Assembly (NCBI GenBank): GCA_002104905.1 | Contig: MCFE01000423.1 | Coordinates: 1-64,000 of the forward strand | DNA length: 64,000 nucleotides | Origin: Basidiobolus meristosporus CBS 931.73 | Lineage: Eukaryota; Fungi; Basidiobolomycota | Reading direction: 5' to 3' | Shown: piece by piece, positions 50,453 through 61,811 of the stretch | Numbering within the stretch: position 1 is the first letter of the stretch | How the letters are laid out: every line of letters begins with the position of its first letter | Notes under the pieces: generated by a model | Database searches by the model: none | Seen by the model: the letters and a program-made list of their open reading frames with translations, nothing else | Told to the model about the DNA's origin: nothing | Made by a program: the position numbers and the translations under genes

Positions 50453-50995
50453 ATTATGTAGTAACCCTGACACTGTTACAGAATACTCCTGAATGTTGGG
50501 AAGCCCTCCTTAATTAGTGTTACAGCTGCATTGCCTCAACAAAGGTATATATACCAATCCTCTTTATGAGTAATGAACAGTTCAACTATTAGCACTATAT
50601 CTTAATAAGTTCCTCACATCCAAATCACTTCTTAAGTTACAGCTTTCTCTAGCCGCAACATCACATCATTCATCAGTAAATGGATAATTGGGCTCAATTG
50701 GCTTCATATAGTATCATTGCAATATCTTACACAGTTGTTGTCTTATTCTATAGTGGGATTTTCCCAGGCTTATACATGGTACTATTATTGGGGGAGATTG
50801 GGCCATAATTCATCAGCGGGCCTTTCTCTTCAGAACTATCATTACTCTAGCCATATTCAGAAGGCCAAGGTGAGCCTAAAGGCATCACAACCATACCCAA
50901 ATTGGCTTGAGCAAGGCAAAAAGTATAGCAAGGTGCTGTTATAGAAGTATCATATGGCCAGCAAGATATTGTTGATAGGCAATGACAGATGAATG

Positions 50996-51363
50996 TGTTA
51001 TGATCTACTGCTTAAATGCTTAAGTTAGGCCAGCTTTAGTCAAATCAATTAGTGATATGTTTAGCCTATCACTACATCAATGTTATCTACCAAATCAGTA
51101 GCATTAGTCAGCAAATGAACTTGCAGATCCTTATCAGACAGGCATATACATATTAAGTAGGATTTTATTGGATAATGATGATGCAATCAAACAAGTCATC
51201 AGTTACAATCTACATTAGGAAAAACAATTAGTGAGCAGTTGATCTGCCAAAATGTATATAAGGAGCTGCTGGGACCTCAATAAAAATCAGTTCAAGTTTC
51301 AGTGAGTACAATACTAGCTAAACTCCCAATTCCTCTACAACTTTTGTACCAAGACTTGTAACA
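50996..51363 (+). mobile_element. Ty3/Gypsy family A LTR (older copy), followed by a decayed gag start to 51598
   Basis: TGTTA...TAACA termini; direct repeat of 51599-51965. Confidence 0.85.
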
Positions 51364-51598
51364 TATGTAGCAGTAATAACCAGAAACCTTACTCCTAAAG
51401 AAAGTAGAAGCCTCCCTCAAGATGCTCAAAAACCAAGAATGGAAGAATGTTATGCAGCAAATCCTGGCCCAGCGGCAACAGTGACTCAGATCCTTAGCCA
51501 GCAGCAACAAGGAATGACTGCCATGGGGCAAAGCTAGCAAAACCCTGTCAAGAGCAACTTTAGTGTGCAGGTCAACTGGTACCATGGTAGAGTCAATG

Positions 51599-53685
51599 TG
51601 TTATGATCTGCTGCTTGAATGTTTAAGTTAGATCAGTTTTTAGTCAAATCAATTAGTATATGCTTAGGTTATCAGTATATCAGTATTATCTATGAAATCA
51701 GTAGCATTAGTCAGCAAATGAACCAGCAGATCCTTATCAGACAGAAATAGATATATTAAGCAGGATCTTATTGGGTGATGATGATGCAATCAAATAAGTC
51801 ATCAGCCACAACGTAATTAGGAAATACCATTAGTCAGCAATCAATCTGGCAAAATGTATATAAGGAGCTGCTGGAATCTCAATAAAAATCAGTTCAAGTT
51901 TTAGTGAATACAATACTAGCCAAACTCCCTATTCCTCTACAACTCTTATACCAAGACTTGTAACATTGGTAGCAGCGACAATCAGAATCCTCCCTCCTGA
52001 AGAAAGATGGAACCACCCTCAAGATGTTGGACAATCAAGAATGGAAGAATGCCATGCAGCAAATCCTGGCCCAACAGCAACAGTTACTCCAGATCCTCAG
52101 CTAACAGCAACAAGGAATGACTACCATGGCTCAGAACCAGCAAAGCCCTGTTAAGAACAACTTTGGTGTTAAGATCAACCGGTACCATGGCAGAGTCAAT
52201 GAAAACCTGGGAACTTGGCTCTTTCAGATTGAAGAAGCTTTTAAAGCTAAAGGAATTGCTCCAGAAAGCAAGTTGCATTATGCAGCTTCTTACCTGGCAG
52301 ATGCAGCTTTACAGTGGTACCACAACAAGATCAGGTTAGCCTCCATGAGGGGATGCTCTATAATCTCTACCTGAGATGGGTTTGTGTTGGAAAGTCAGGA
52401 TGCTTTTGAGCCTCCACACCAGCAGACACTACCAAGAAGAAAGTTGAAGACACTCAGCCAGAAAGGAATGGTCCACGAGAAAATCCATGAATATAGATGT
52501 CTACTTGGGCAAATTGAAAGAATAGACCCTCTGGATCAAGTTAAATAATTTATAGATGGGTTAAAAGGAAGAACTTGCAAGGAAGTGAATTATTGAAGAC
52601 CTCAAACTATTGTAGAAGCCATCAAGATTGCCATTGACTACAACTCAACTGTGCTGGGAGTTGGAAAGCTCACAATGACTAATCAGAGAGGCTACAATCA
52701 CTCTGTGAGAAGACAATCAGAAGCAGTGCCAATGGAAATAGACACTCTGCAGAAGAGTCCTACCTCAGAAGAGTGTAAGAAGAAAGGACTTTGCTTCAAT
52801 TGCCACCAGCAGAGACATATTGCCAAGTACTGCCCTCTGAGAAGAAATAGACACCAGCCATCAAGAGCATTCAACCATATAGAAGCCCTTGAGCATAGCA
52901 ACATGGGGGATGAACTTGAAAAAGACTCAGAACTCACTTTCCATATGACAGAGGAATACCTATCTCAAATGACCTGAAACTCAGGAAAGCTACTATATTT
53001 TGATGGAGAAATCAATGAAGTACCTGCCAAGATCATGATTGACTCAGGAGGATTGCATGAGTGTGTGTCAGAGCAATTTGCTTTAGACGCTGGAATCAGC
53101 TTGGAACCAATCAAATTAACTTCAGTCTCAACAGCTGATGGAAACTCTCACATAATTAACTGTATTACTCAGCTAGAAAAGATTGAGATCAACAACTATA
53201 AGAAGTTCTACAGGCCTACATATTTGAGAACTGCAAGTTTGACCTTGTACTTGGAAAAACCTGGCTAATTTGTTGTAATCCATCAATCAACTGGAGAGCT
53301 CATTCTCCTCAGATCCGGATGGACAACAAGACCTAAGAGCTATTACCTGCCAGACTGGATTTCAACTTGGTCAACTCCAATGTATATAACAAGTGAACTT
53401 AGTACAACACAGATCTGTAGAGCACTCAGTAAAGGCATGCAGATGTTCCTCATGGCAGTATTACAGGAGAATTCCTCTGCTCAGTACCCCAGAATGCCAG
53501 ACTCTATTGGAGGAATATTCAGACATATTTCAAGAAGAACTTTTAAGCTAACCACCAGTTACAGATGTGGATCATTCCATTGACACGGCAGATAGCCCTC
53601 CAGTGAGTAAGACACCTTACAGAAGGAGCCCATTGGAGTTGGAAGAGATGAAGAGACAAATAGATCAGCTATTGGAGCAAGAATA
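51599..53685 (+). mobile_element. Ty3/Gypsy family A element, 5' part (LTR 51599-51965, PBS, gag with CCHC knuckle, protease, start of RT)
   Basis: PBS TGGTAGCAGCG (iMet-type); YHGRVNENLGTWLFQIE...AALQWY; CFNCHQQRHIAKYC; MIDSGG; PYRRSPLELEEMKRQIDQLLEQ cut at 53685 by a family B LTR. Confidence 0.9.
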
Positions 53686-55040
53686 TGTGAGTACTAAGTG
53701 TAGTACCCACTCTTTGTGCAAGAGCTCTCCCCTGAGTCCTACCCAAAATCCCTTAGTATCCTCCCTATGATCCCCACATGCATCCTCCCTCCTTTTCCTG
53801 CCCTTATTGAGTTAGAATACATACCATAACAGGAAGGTGCTCACACACCTACTTTATAACACATTGTCTATTATCTAAGCCCCACCAAGTGATATACATA
53901 TATCCAATTGAACCAAGTGAGAGAACAACAAGAAATGGATGGAATAAATGCAAGTCTTTATTACCTTGCTACCTTCTATTGGATGCTATTCTGAGCCAAG
54001 TGGTACTGACCTGACCTACAAGCTCTCCCACTCACCAAGTACAGTCAGTAATAACCCACATATATAGTGCCATATCTGCAGGAATAAGCACAAGAGAGGT
54101 AATGACTACTACAATCAAGCTAAAACATACAAGGGAAAGAGAGAGAAAGCCTTTGAGTGGCTTGGTAAGTATGAGAGTGTTGCAGTTAATGCAGGATGGG
54201 ACAACTATAAGAGAGTAAGGCAGTTTGCAAGACATATGGAAGGGTCAGTATGGCAATGGCATTATAGGTTGGAAGACACAGGTAAAGACAACTGCAATGC
54301 ACTAGAAGAAGCCTATAAGACATGCTTTCTATATGCCAAAGGATACCACTACAAAGCCCTTCTACCATTGTCATGGAAGAAAAGCAGTGAGAGCTATGAA
54401 GCCTACACCAAACTGTTTCCACAACAAGTTTGATGTCTCCCAAAGGTCAAAATTGCCAAACAAATGCTCTTGAGGTATTAAATCATGGGCTTAGACAACA
54501 AAGTAAGACATAGGGCATCCACTGAACAACAGTGATGCAAAACATTGCAAGAGTTGGTCAAGCAAGTACAAGGGGTCATCTTGCCATGGGGGCTGCCATA
54601 AAGTGATAAAAGTGATCAAAGATCAGAAATCCCCTGCAAGAAAGGAATAATAACCTCCCCCAAAGACTGTGAGTTAGAGGAATTACGGCAAAAGGTCCAA
54701 GAATTATTGATCAACAATGTCCAAGAACTTGCAATAGAAGGTGATAAACTCTGGGACGCAGTTGTAGATCTAAAGGCCCATGTGCAAGCCCTGACCCAAC
54801 AGATGGAATGACTGTGACAACAGTATCCATGTTATGTATGTGGAGAAGTAGGCCACTGGGCCCACAAATGTGAAGAATGGTACAGACAAGAACCTGTGCT
54901 GGACACAAAAGAGGAGTAGGCATTACAAGACAGAGTCCCTTGCCAGGAGGCCAACAGTACTCAGTCAGTCTAAGCCCTCTGGCCAGAACAATCAAAGAGT
55001 GGAAGAAAAAGTGTTGACAAGTTGCTTTGTAGGAACAGTG
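53686..55040 (+). mobile_element. Ty3/Gypsy family B, older copy, 5' part (LTR 53686-54060 and gag)
   Basis: Reverse complement of the 61426-61811 LTR and the 60500-61384 gag, more decayed. Confidence 0.9.
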
Positions 55041-55470
55041 TGTGGGTTATTACTGACTGTACTTGGTGAGTGGGAGAGCTTGTAGGTCAAGTCAGTACCA
55101 CTTGGTTCAGAATAGCTTCCAATAGAAGGTAGCAAGGTAATAAAGACTTCCGTTTATTTCGTCCAAATCTTGTTGTTCTTCCTGGTTCAATTGGGTAGAT
55201 ATATATATCACTTGGGGGGGCTTAGACAATAGACAATGTGTATAAAATAGGGGTGTGAACACCTTCCTGTTATGGTAAGTGTTCTAACTAGATAAGGGCA
55301 GGGATAGGAGGGGAGGACGCGTGGGGGAATCATAGGGAGGGTACTGGAGGACTTTGGGTAGGACTCTGGAGGGAACTCTTGGGAGAACTCTTGGGCAAAG
55401 AGTGGGTACTACATTGAGTACTCACATATCCCGGGGGTTAAGTGGGAGCTTCATCCTCAAAGTTCTTTGA

Positions 55471-56640
55471 CTAACTCGCTTTTCCAGGATTGATTTTGTT
55501 TACAGAGCATGGGGAGTCACTGTAGTACCGTTGCTGGTTGTCACTCGCAAGGGGATCGTGGGCGAATACCTGATACCATTTGGCGGCAGAGTGGGGTGCG
55601 GCCTGTGTTGCTCAAGGGATGTTTTCCACAGAGCCAAATAGTTGGCAAACCATAGGGTTCTGGGTAAGTTCCTTGGGAGGGTCGGAGAACAAGAAAAGGT
55701 GCAATAGCGCGATAAAGTCTTGCTTCTTTATCTTGCAAATGTTATCAGGGCTTGTCCTTTTTGTGTTCAATATGACGGCGGGGGACCTTTTGAAGAGGGC
55801 ATACACTCGGTCGGCAGTCACCCGTTGTCAATAACAAGTTTTTGCTTCTTCCAAGACGTATTGTAGTTCTTCTGTAGAAACTGTGGCGCGATCAAGGCGC
55901 TTCCGTACTTGCCTCATGGTTTCTACAGAATCCGCGGCGGTTTCTTTGGCTTCTTGGAGTTGGACTTTGTACTGATTCCTGAGTTGTCCTATGGTAAACC
56001 ACTGTAATAGTTGTAACACAGCAACTCGGTGGATTGCATGGGTTAACTGGCCGGTGTATTTAATCCCTTCGCGTATCTTCTCTAAGATGGTTCCTTCTTG
56101 GAAATGTGGTTTGAGATGTTCGCAAATTTCTCAGAGGAGTCCTTTGTTTGGGAGTTCTACTTCTGGTGCTCTTGCAGCTTGTACCAGGTCTGCGTATACC
56201 TCAACAACCATGATACCTATTAATGGCAAGTATGCAACAAAACAGGGGGGCTCTCAAGGTCTCGTGAGGGCGCGACAGTTGATTCCTTGTGTCTTCTGTC
56301 TGACTGTGTCCAGTATGGATACGGGAATCAGCGCGGTGTCCTTCTCCTTAATGATCAAGGAACCTCCTCTTAGGTGGTACACGGTCTTCTTGGGTAGTAT
56401 CTCCATGCTTTGTATTGGCGTGGATAACTTGTCTTGTCCCTCTCTGATTGTGTCTTGTATTAGCGTGACTGCTCCGGCAAACAACTCTTCATAGGTGGCT
56501 CTTGTCGTACGTAATGCTCGTACCATATCTCTTAACACTTGCAGGTTGGTTTTGTTTTCAATATCATCTTGGTTCTGGCTAGTGGGAGGGGTATTGCCAG
56601 TTTTGGGTGAACTGTTTCCTTTGGCGCTTTCCATGTGCAT
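55471..56640 (-). pseudogene. ORF3 of Gypsy family B, ~389 aa, unknown function, four in-frame TGA
   Basis: ORF-track pieces 56254-56664, 55828-56019 and 55612-55821 lie in one frame. The only internal stops are TGA at 56254, 56131, 55828 and 55612. Confidence 0.75.
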
Positions 56641-56769
56641 TCTTTTGTTCTCCCCTTTGGGCAAACTCCCTTGCGCATATTATTTGTACCTATATAGACT
56701 AAAATCTCCTCTAAGAAACTTTGAATGTATCCCGTGTCTTCCTCTATCCTTGTCCTGATAATCGTTTAA

Positions 56770-59700
56770 TCACACTTTGGTCTCAGTGATGATCGGTGGA
56801 TCATCATGAAACGGTTTCAGATGGGCTGGCGCTACATTGCTGATTGTTTTATTATTCAGGGTGATGGTGTACTTTGGTCCGTGGTGCAAACTGATAACGG
56901 TGCATGGGCCAATCCATCGGGGTGTAAATCGTGGGCGGAACTTGAGGCCTGCAACGGTTTGGCTGTACCACACCTTATTGCCTGGTTTCCACTTTTGTCT
57001 CGTTAATTTCTCATTTTTGGGTGGAGGGGGAAGGTGCTTGTCAACATTTTCAAATACTTTTATGTATAGGTGGGCAATACAGTGTATCAACCTTTCTATA
57101 TAGTCGTTATGTGTCGTCAGGGGGACACCTTCCATCGTCAATCCAGCTTCCTCCCGCCACTTGGGTCTTTGTCCACATAGGATTTCATATGGGGAGAAAC
57201 CCGTCGTTTTATTTGGTGTGGTGCGCATTGCTAGGAGTGTCAGTGGGAGCAGCTTGGCCCATGATTGGGGAAGTTCCCAGTGAAGCTTCTCCAGTATGCA
57301 GCAACACGTCTGGTTCTTCCTCTTGGTTAATCCGTTAGTCTGGGGGTGATACGCGGCCGTGAAGACTTGTTTCACGCCCATCATTTTGCACAGGTGGGCC
57401 ACGGTGTTGTTCAGGAAGGAACCACCATTGTCGGACAGGAGTATCTGAGGATATCCGTGTCGGCAGATGAGGTGTTCTAGAATGAATTGGGCGGTTGTCT
57501 TCTGATCTTTATTGCGGACGGCTTGGGCTTCTACCCACTTTGAGAAATAATCGGTAGCAATTATTATGTATCGTTCTCCTTTCTTTGTTTTCATAAAGGG
57601 GCCAACAAAGTCAATCCCTACTCAGTGGAAGGGCAGGTCAACCAGTATTGGTGCGGTTGTCCCTATCTTCTGACTCCAGTTGAATCTTTTGCAAGTGGTG
57701 CATCTTCGTAACGTATTCGTAACGTCGGTCATCATTTTTCGCCAATAAAATGTTTTTCTTAACATCTTATATGTCATTAGGGGGTTAGCGTGTCCTAATG
57801 ACATATGTCTTTCTTGTATGATTTCTTCACGGGCTGCTAGTGGGGGTACCTTGGCTCTGGACTCTCCTTAGAGGAACCATAGTCAATTTTCTTGTACTTT
57901 GTACTGACACCATTTCCTTCGAAATTCTCTCTTCTGTTTGTTTGTAATGACGTGTTTGGGATACCTCCCTTTCTTTTTAAAGCAGATTATGTCCTCATAC
58001 TCATCACTGACACGTATTTGGCAAACGGGATAGCGACTGAGGAAGTCTGCGTCCTGGTGTTTCTTGCCAGCGCAGTGAATTATTTCAAAGTCGTATTGCT
58101 GTAGTCGTAGGGCCCAACGTGCTAGTTGGCTGGTAAAGTCTTTAGTTTTCATCAGCCAGACCAGTGCGCTGTGGTCCGTTACTATTGTGAATCGGCAACC
58201 ATGTATGTATGTATGGAATTGTTTAATTGAATAAACAACAGCCAGACATTCTATCTTGGTAACGGGGTAGTGGCGTTTGTGTTTGTTTAGCAAACGGCTC
58301 ACGTAACCAATCGGGTGGAATTTGCCAGGTTGGTGGTATTGTCCCAGTACGGCGCCTATACCGGTGAGGCTTCCATCACAGTTAATAAAAAATCTTGCAT
58401 CCCAATTGGGAAATTGTAACACTGGCGGTGACGTCAGGGAATGTTTCAGTTGATCGAATGCTCTCTTTTGAGGCTCCGACCATACAAAACACTGGCCCTT
58501 TCGCGTCAATTTGTATAGGGGGCTGCTATTGTCGCAAAGTTTTTGACAAAGCGGCAATAGTAGCCAGCTAATCCTAGGAATCCCAACACTGCATTAATGT
58601 CCTTTGGTGCAGGTGCATTTTGAACGGCTTTCAGGAGTGACGTAGATGGGTATATTCCATCTGCCAAGATCTTGTGGCCCAGGAACAACAATTTTGTATA
58701 CGGGAAATGGCACTTCTTGGGATGTAGTTTGAGTTGGTTCTCAAGGAGGGATGTCAGGACACGTTGCACGTCGTGTATATGTTCTTCTACATTGGGGGAA
58801 TATATTGTGATGTTGTCCAGATACACAAGGGCGCATTCCCATTGTAGATTTCCTAGCACCTTGTTGATCATCCTTTGGAACGTAGCGGGGGCATTGCACA
58901 AGCCAAAGGGTAGTTGGTTCCATTTGTATAATCCAAACGATGTTATAAAAGGGGTTTTGGGTCGATCTTCTGGGGCTACTTCTACTTGCCAATACCCGGA
59001 GATTAAGTCAAGAGAGCTAAAATATTTAGCTCCAATTAATCTGTCCAAGAGGCTGTCTATTTGCGGTAGCGGATACACGTCCTTCCGGGTGACGGCGTTC
59101 AATTTCCGGTAGTTGATGCAAAAGCGTCGCTTTCCGTCTTTCTTTGGGACTATCACTACGGGGGAAGCCCACGGAGACTGGCTTTCTGTAATGATGTCGT
59201 CTTTTAATAAAGTTTCAATTGTCTCTTTGATATAGTCTGCGTCAATTTTTGAATTCCTATAGGCTTTTTGCTTGATGGGGTATTTGTCGGCAAGGTGGAT
59301 TTGGTGATATACCCCAGGTATATGACCAATTACTTGGTTCTTAGAGAATATTCGGGCAAGCGGACGTATTCCTTCTAGGAATTTGTCTCGTAACGTAGGC
59401 GGTAGACCGGGGTCCACATCTAGCTCAGGGAGTTCTTCTTCTGGTTCTTTGTTTGGAGGTGGTCCTTGGTCATTTCCGTCAACTTCCTCTAAGTTTAACA
59501 ATGGCACTCCTCTAGGCAATGTCACCGTGTGTTGCCCGTTGTTAACCACTAAGCATTTCAGGCTTTGCGTTTCAAATTTCGGTGGTATCCATACTTTAGG
59601 GATCAAGATTCCTTCCAGTTGCTTGGATGCTTTTGCTGCGGTTATCATTCTTCCGCTTGTTGAATAAGCTATTGGTGTTTCTAATGAGATCACCGTCTCA

Positions 59701-60608
59701 CTGGCAGGTGGTATTTTTATCACCTTTTGTGTGATGATTGGAGACTGCAACAGTTTCACCTCTTTGATTGTCACACTGTTGCTACTCGCCTCGCTCTCAT
59801 TGGTGATATGAATCAGTGGGATACTGTTGGTATCCCACCTGAGTTCAGATGCACTGTAAAGTATATCCATCTTATGTTGGATAAACCAACTCTCGCCAAT
59901 GAGTAAGTCGTTGGCTGCGACGGGTAGGACCACAACATCTTGGCATATTATCAAGTTGCCTAGCCAAATGGGGCAATTAGGCACCACACCTACCATTGTA
60001 TCCAGTTGGTCATTTGCTAGCCGTACTCAAATGGTGTCGTCGGGGACTATGTTTAGTTTTAGACGTTTCGCTAATGACTCTGACATGATCAACGTAGAGG
60101 ATCCTGTGTCAATAAGGGCAAGAATCTCCTTATTCTCTATATGTACCTTTACGTATGTACCTTTATTTGGTTTTTGCAGGACCGTCTGGTTGACATGGAG
60201 GGTTGTTATCTCCTTCAATCCCTCTATCAGTTCCTTGACTAGAGCCGGGGCCAGTCCCAGTAAATTGGTTATTGGGAGGGTTGCCTTGGTTTGCTCTAGT
60301 ACCTTCATTATGGGGAATAGGCCATGGGAAGACGTGCTAGCGTTCTTTGTTTGCTTTAACACTTCTTCCCAAGGTTCATTCCGTACTTCTTCACCTAATT
60401 CCGCGCTCTTTCCTTTTGACGGAACCTCTACAACAGGTTCCTTTGCCTCCTCTCTAGAAGCATCATGTTGATGCTTCTTCTTCCGCACTTCAATTATCCT
60501 GACTGGAGGGCTTAGATTGACTGAGTCCTGTTGGCCTCCTGGCAAGGGACTCTGTCTTTTGACGCCTTCTTCTCTTTTGTGTCCAGTACGGCTTCTCTTC
60601 CGTACCAT
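56770..60608 (-). pseudogene. Gypsy pol (protease, RT, RNase H, integrase) with stops and one frameshift
   Basis: LIDTGS; SPWASPVVIVPKKDGKRRFCINYRKLN; LPFGLCNAPATFQR; YLDNI; INCDGS; TDHSAL; ATDYFSKW...SDNG...AYHPQTNG; GPY/F-like PRWIGP. Confidence 0.95.
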
Positions 60609-61384
60609 TTTTCACATTCATGGGCCCGGTGACCTACTTCTCCACACATATAACACGGATACTGTCATTGCGGTCGTTCCATCTGTAAGGTCAGGACTTG
60701 AACCTGGGCCTTTAGATCTACAACAGCTTCCCAGAGTTTATCACCTTCTTTGGGGACTTCTTGGACATTGTTGATTGAGAGTTCTTGGACCTTTCGCCGT
60801 AATTCCTCTAACTCACGGTCTTTTGGGGAGGCGACTTTTCCTTTCTTACGGGGGATCCCTGTCCTTTGATCATTTGTATCACTATAGGGTAGCCCCCATA
60901 GCAAGATGACCCCTCGTACTTGTTTGACCAACTCTTGCAATGTTTTACATCCCTGTTGTTCTTTGGACGCCCTACGTCCTATTTCGTTGTCTAAGCCCAT
61001 GATGTAATACCTCAGGAGCTGTTGTTTGGCGATTTTGTCCTTTGGGAGACAATGAACTTGTTGGAGAAACAGTTCAGTGTAGGCTTCATAGCTTTCACTG
61101 CTTTTCTTCTGCAAGGGCAGTAGAAGGGCTTTGTAGTGGTATCCTTTGGCATATAGAAAGCGTGTCTTGTAGGCTTCTTCTAGTGCATCCCAGTCATCTT
61201 TGACTGCGTCTTCCAACCCATAATGCCATCACCATGCTGACCCTTCCATATGTCTTGCAAACTCTCTTACTTTCTTATTGTCGTCCCATCCTGCATCAAC
61301 CGCAACTCTCTCAAACTTATTGAACCACTCAAGGGCTTTCTCACTCTTTCCCTTGTATGTTTTTAGTTTGATTGTAGTAGTCAT
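60512..61384 (-). pseudogene. Gypsy family B gag with CCHC zinc knuckle, two premature TGA
   Basis: ATG at 61384; TGA at 61229-31 and 60665-67; CYMCGEVGHRAHEC; TAA at 60512-14. Confidence 0.9.
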
Positions 61385-61407
61385 TACCTCACTTGTGCTT
61401 ATTTCCA

Positions 61408-61421
61408 CAGAGACGGCACCA
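61408..61421 (-). promoter_or_regulatory. Primer-binding site, tRNA-His-like
   Basis: TGGTGCCGTCTCTG just inside the 5' LTR; complementary to a ...GAGACGGCACCA 3' end typical of tRNA-His(GUG). Confidence 0.6.
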
Positions 61422-61811
61422 AATATGTGGGTTATTACTGACTGTACTTGGTGAGTGGGAGAGCTTGTAGGTCAAGTCAGTACCACTTAGTTCAGAATAG
61501 CTTCCAATAGAAGGTAGCAAGGTAATAAAGACTTCCGTTTATTTTGTCCAAATCTTGTTGTTCTTCCTGGTTCAATTGGGTAGATATATATATCACTTGG
61601 GGGGCTTAGACAATAGACAATGTGTTATAAAATAGGGGTGTGAACACCCTCCTGTTATGGTAAGTGTTCTAACTAGATAAGGGCAGGGATAGGAGGGGAG
61701 GATGCGTGGGGGAATCATAGGGAGGGTACTGGAGGACTTCGGGTAGGACTCTGGAGGGAACTCTTGGGAGAACTCTTGGGCAAAGAGTGGGTACTACATT
61801 GAGTACTCACA

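Larger units (their letters stand above)
55041..61811 (-). mobile_element. Complete Ty3/Gypsy family B retrotransposon (6771 bp)
   Basis: 386-bp LTRs at 55041-55426 and 61426-61811 (TG...CA; 5 substitutions and 2 one-base indels by eye), TSD CAGTG, PBS, gag, PR-RT-RH-IN order and an extra ORF. Confidence 0.97.

Noticed and set aside
55471-56640. Calling ORF3 an envelope gene
   Set aside because: No N-terminal signal peptide, no C-terminal transmembrane anchor and no furin-site/fusion-peptide pattern seen; position alone is insufficient.
61408-61421. tRNA genes at the TGGTGCC / TGGTAGC sites
   Set aside because: Only 10-14-nt complements of tRNA 3' ends next to LTRs (primer-binding sites); no cloverleaf.
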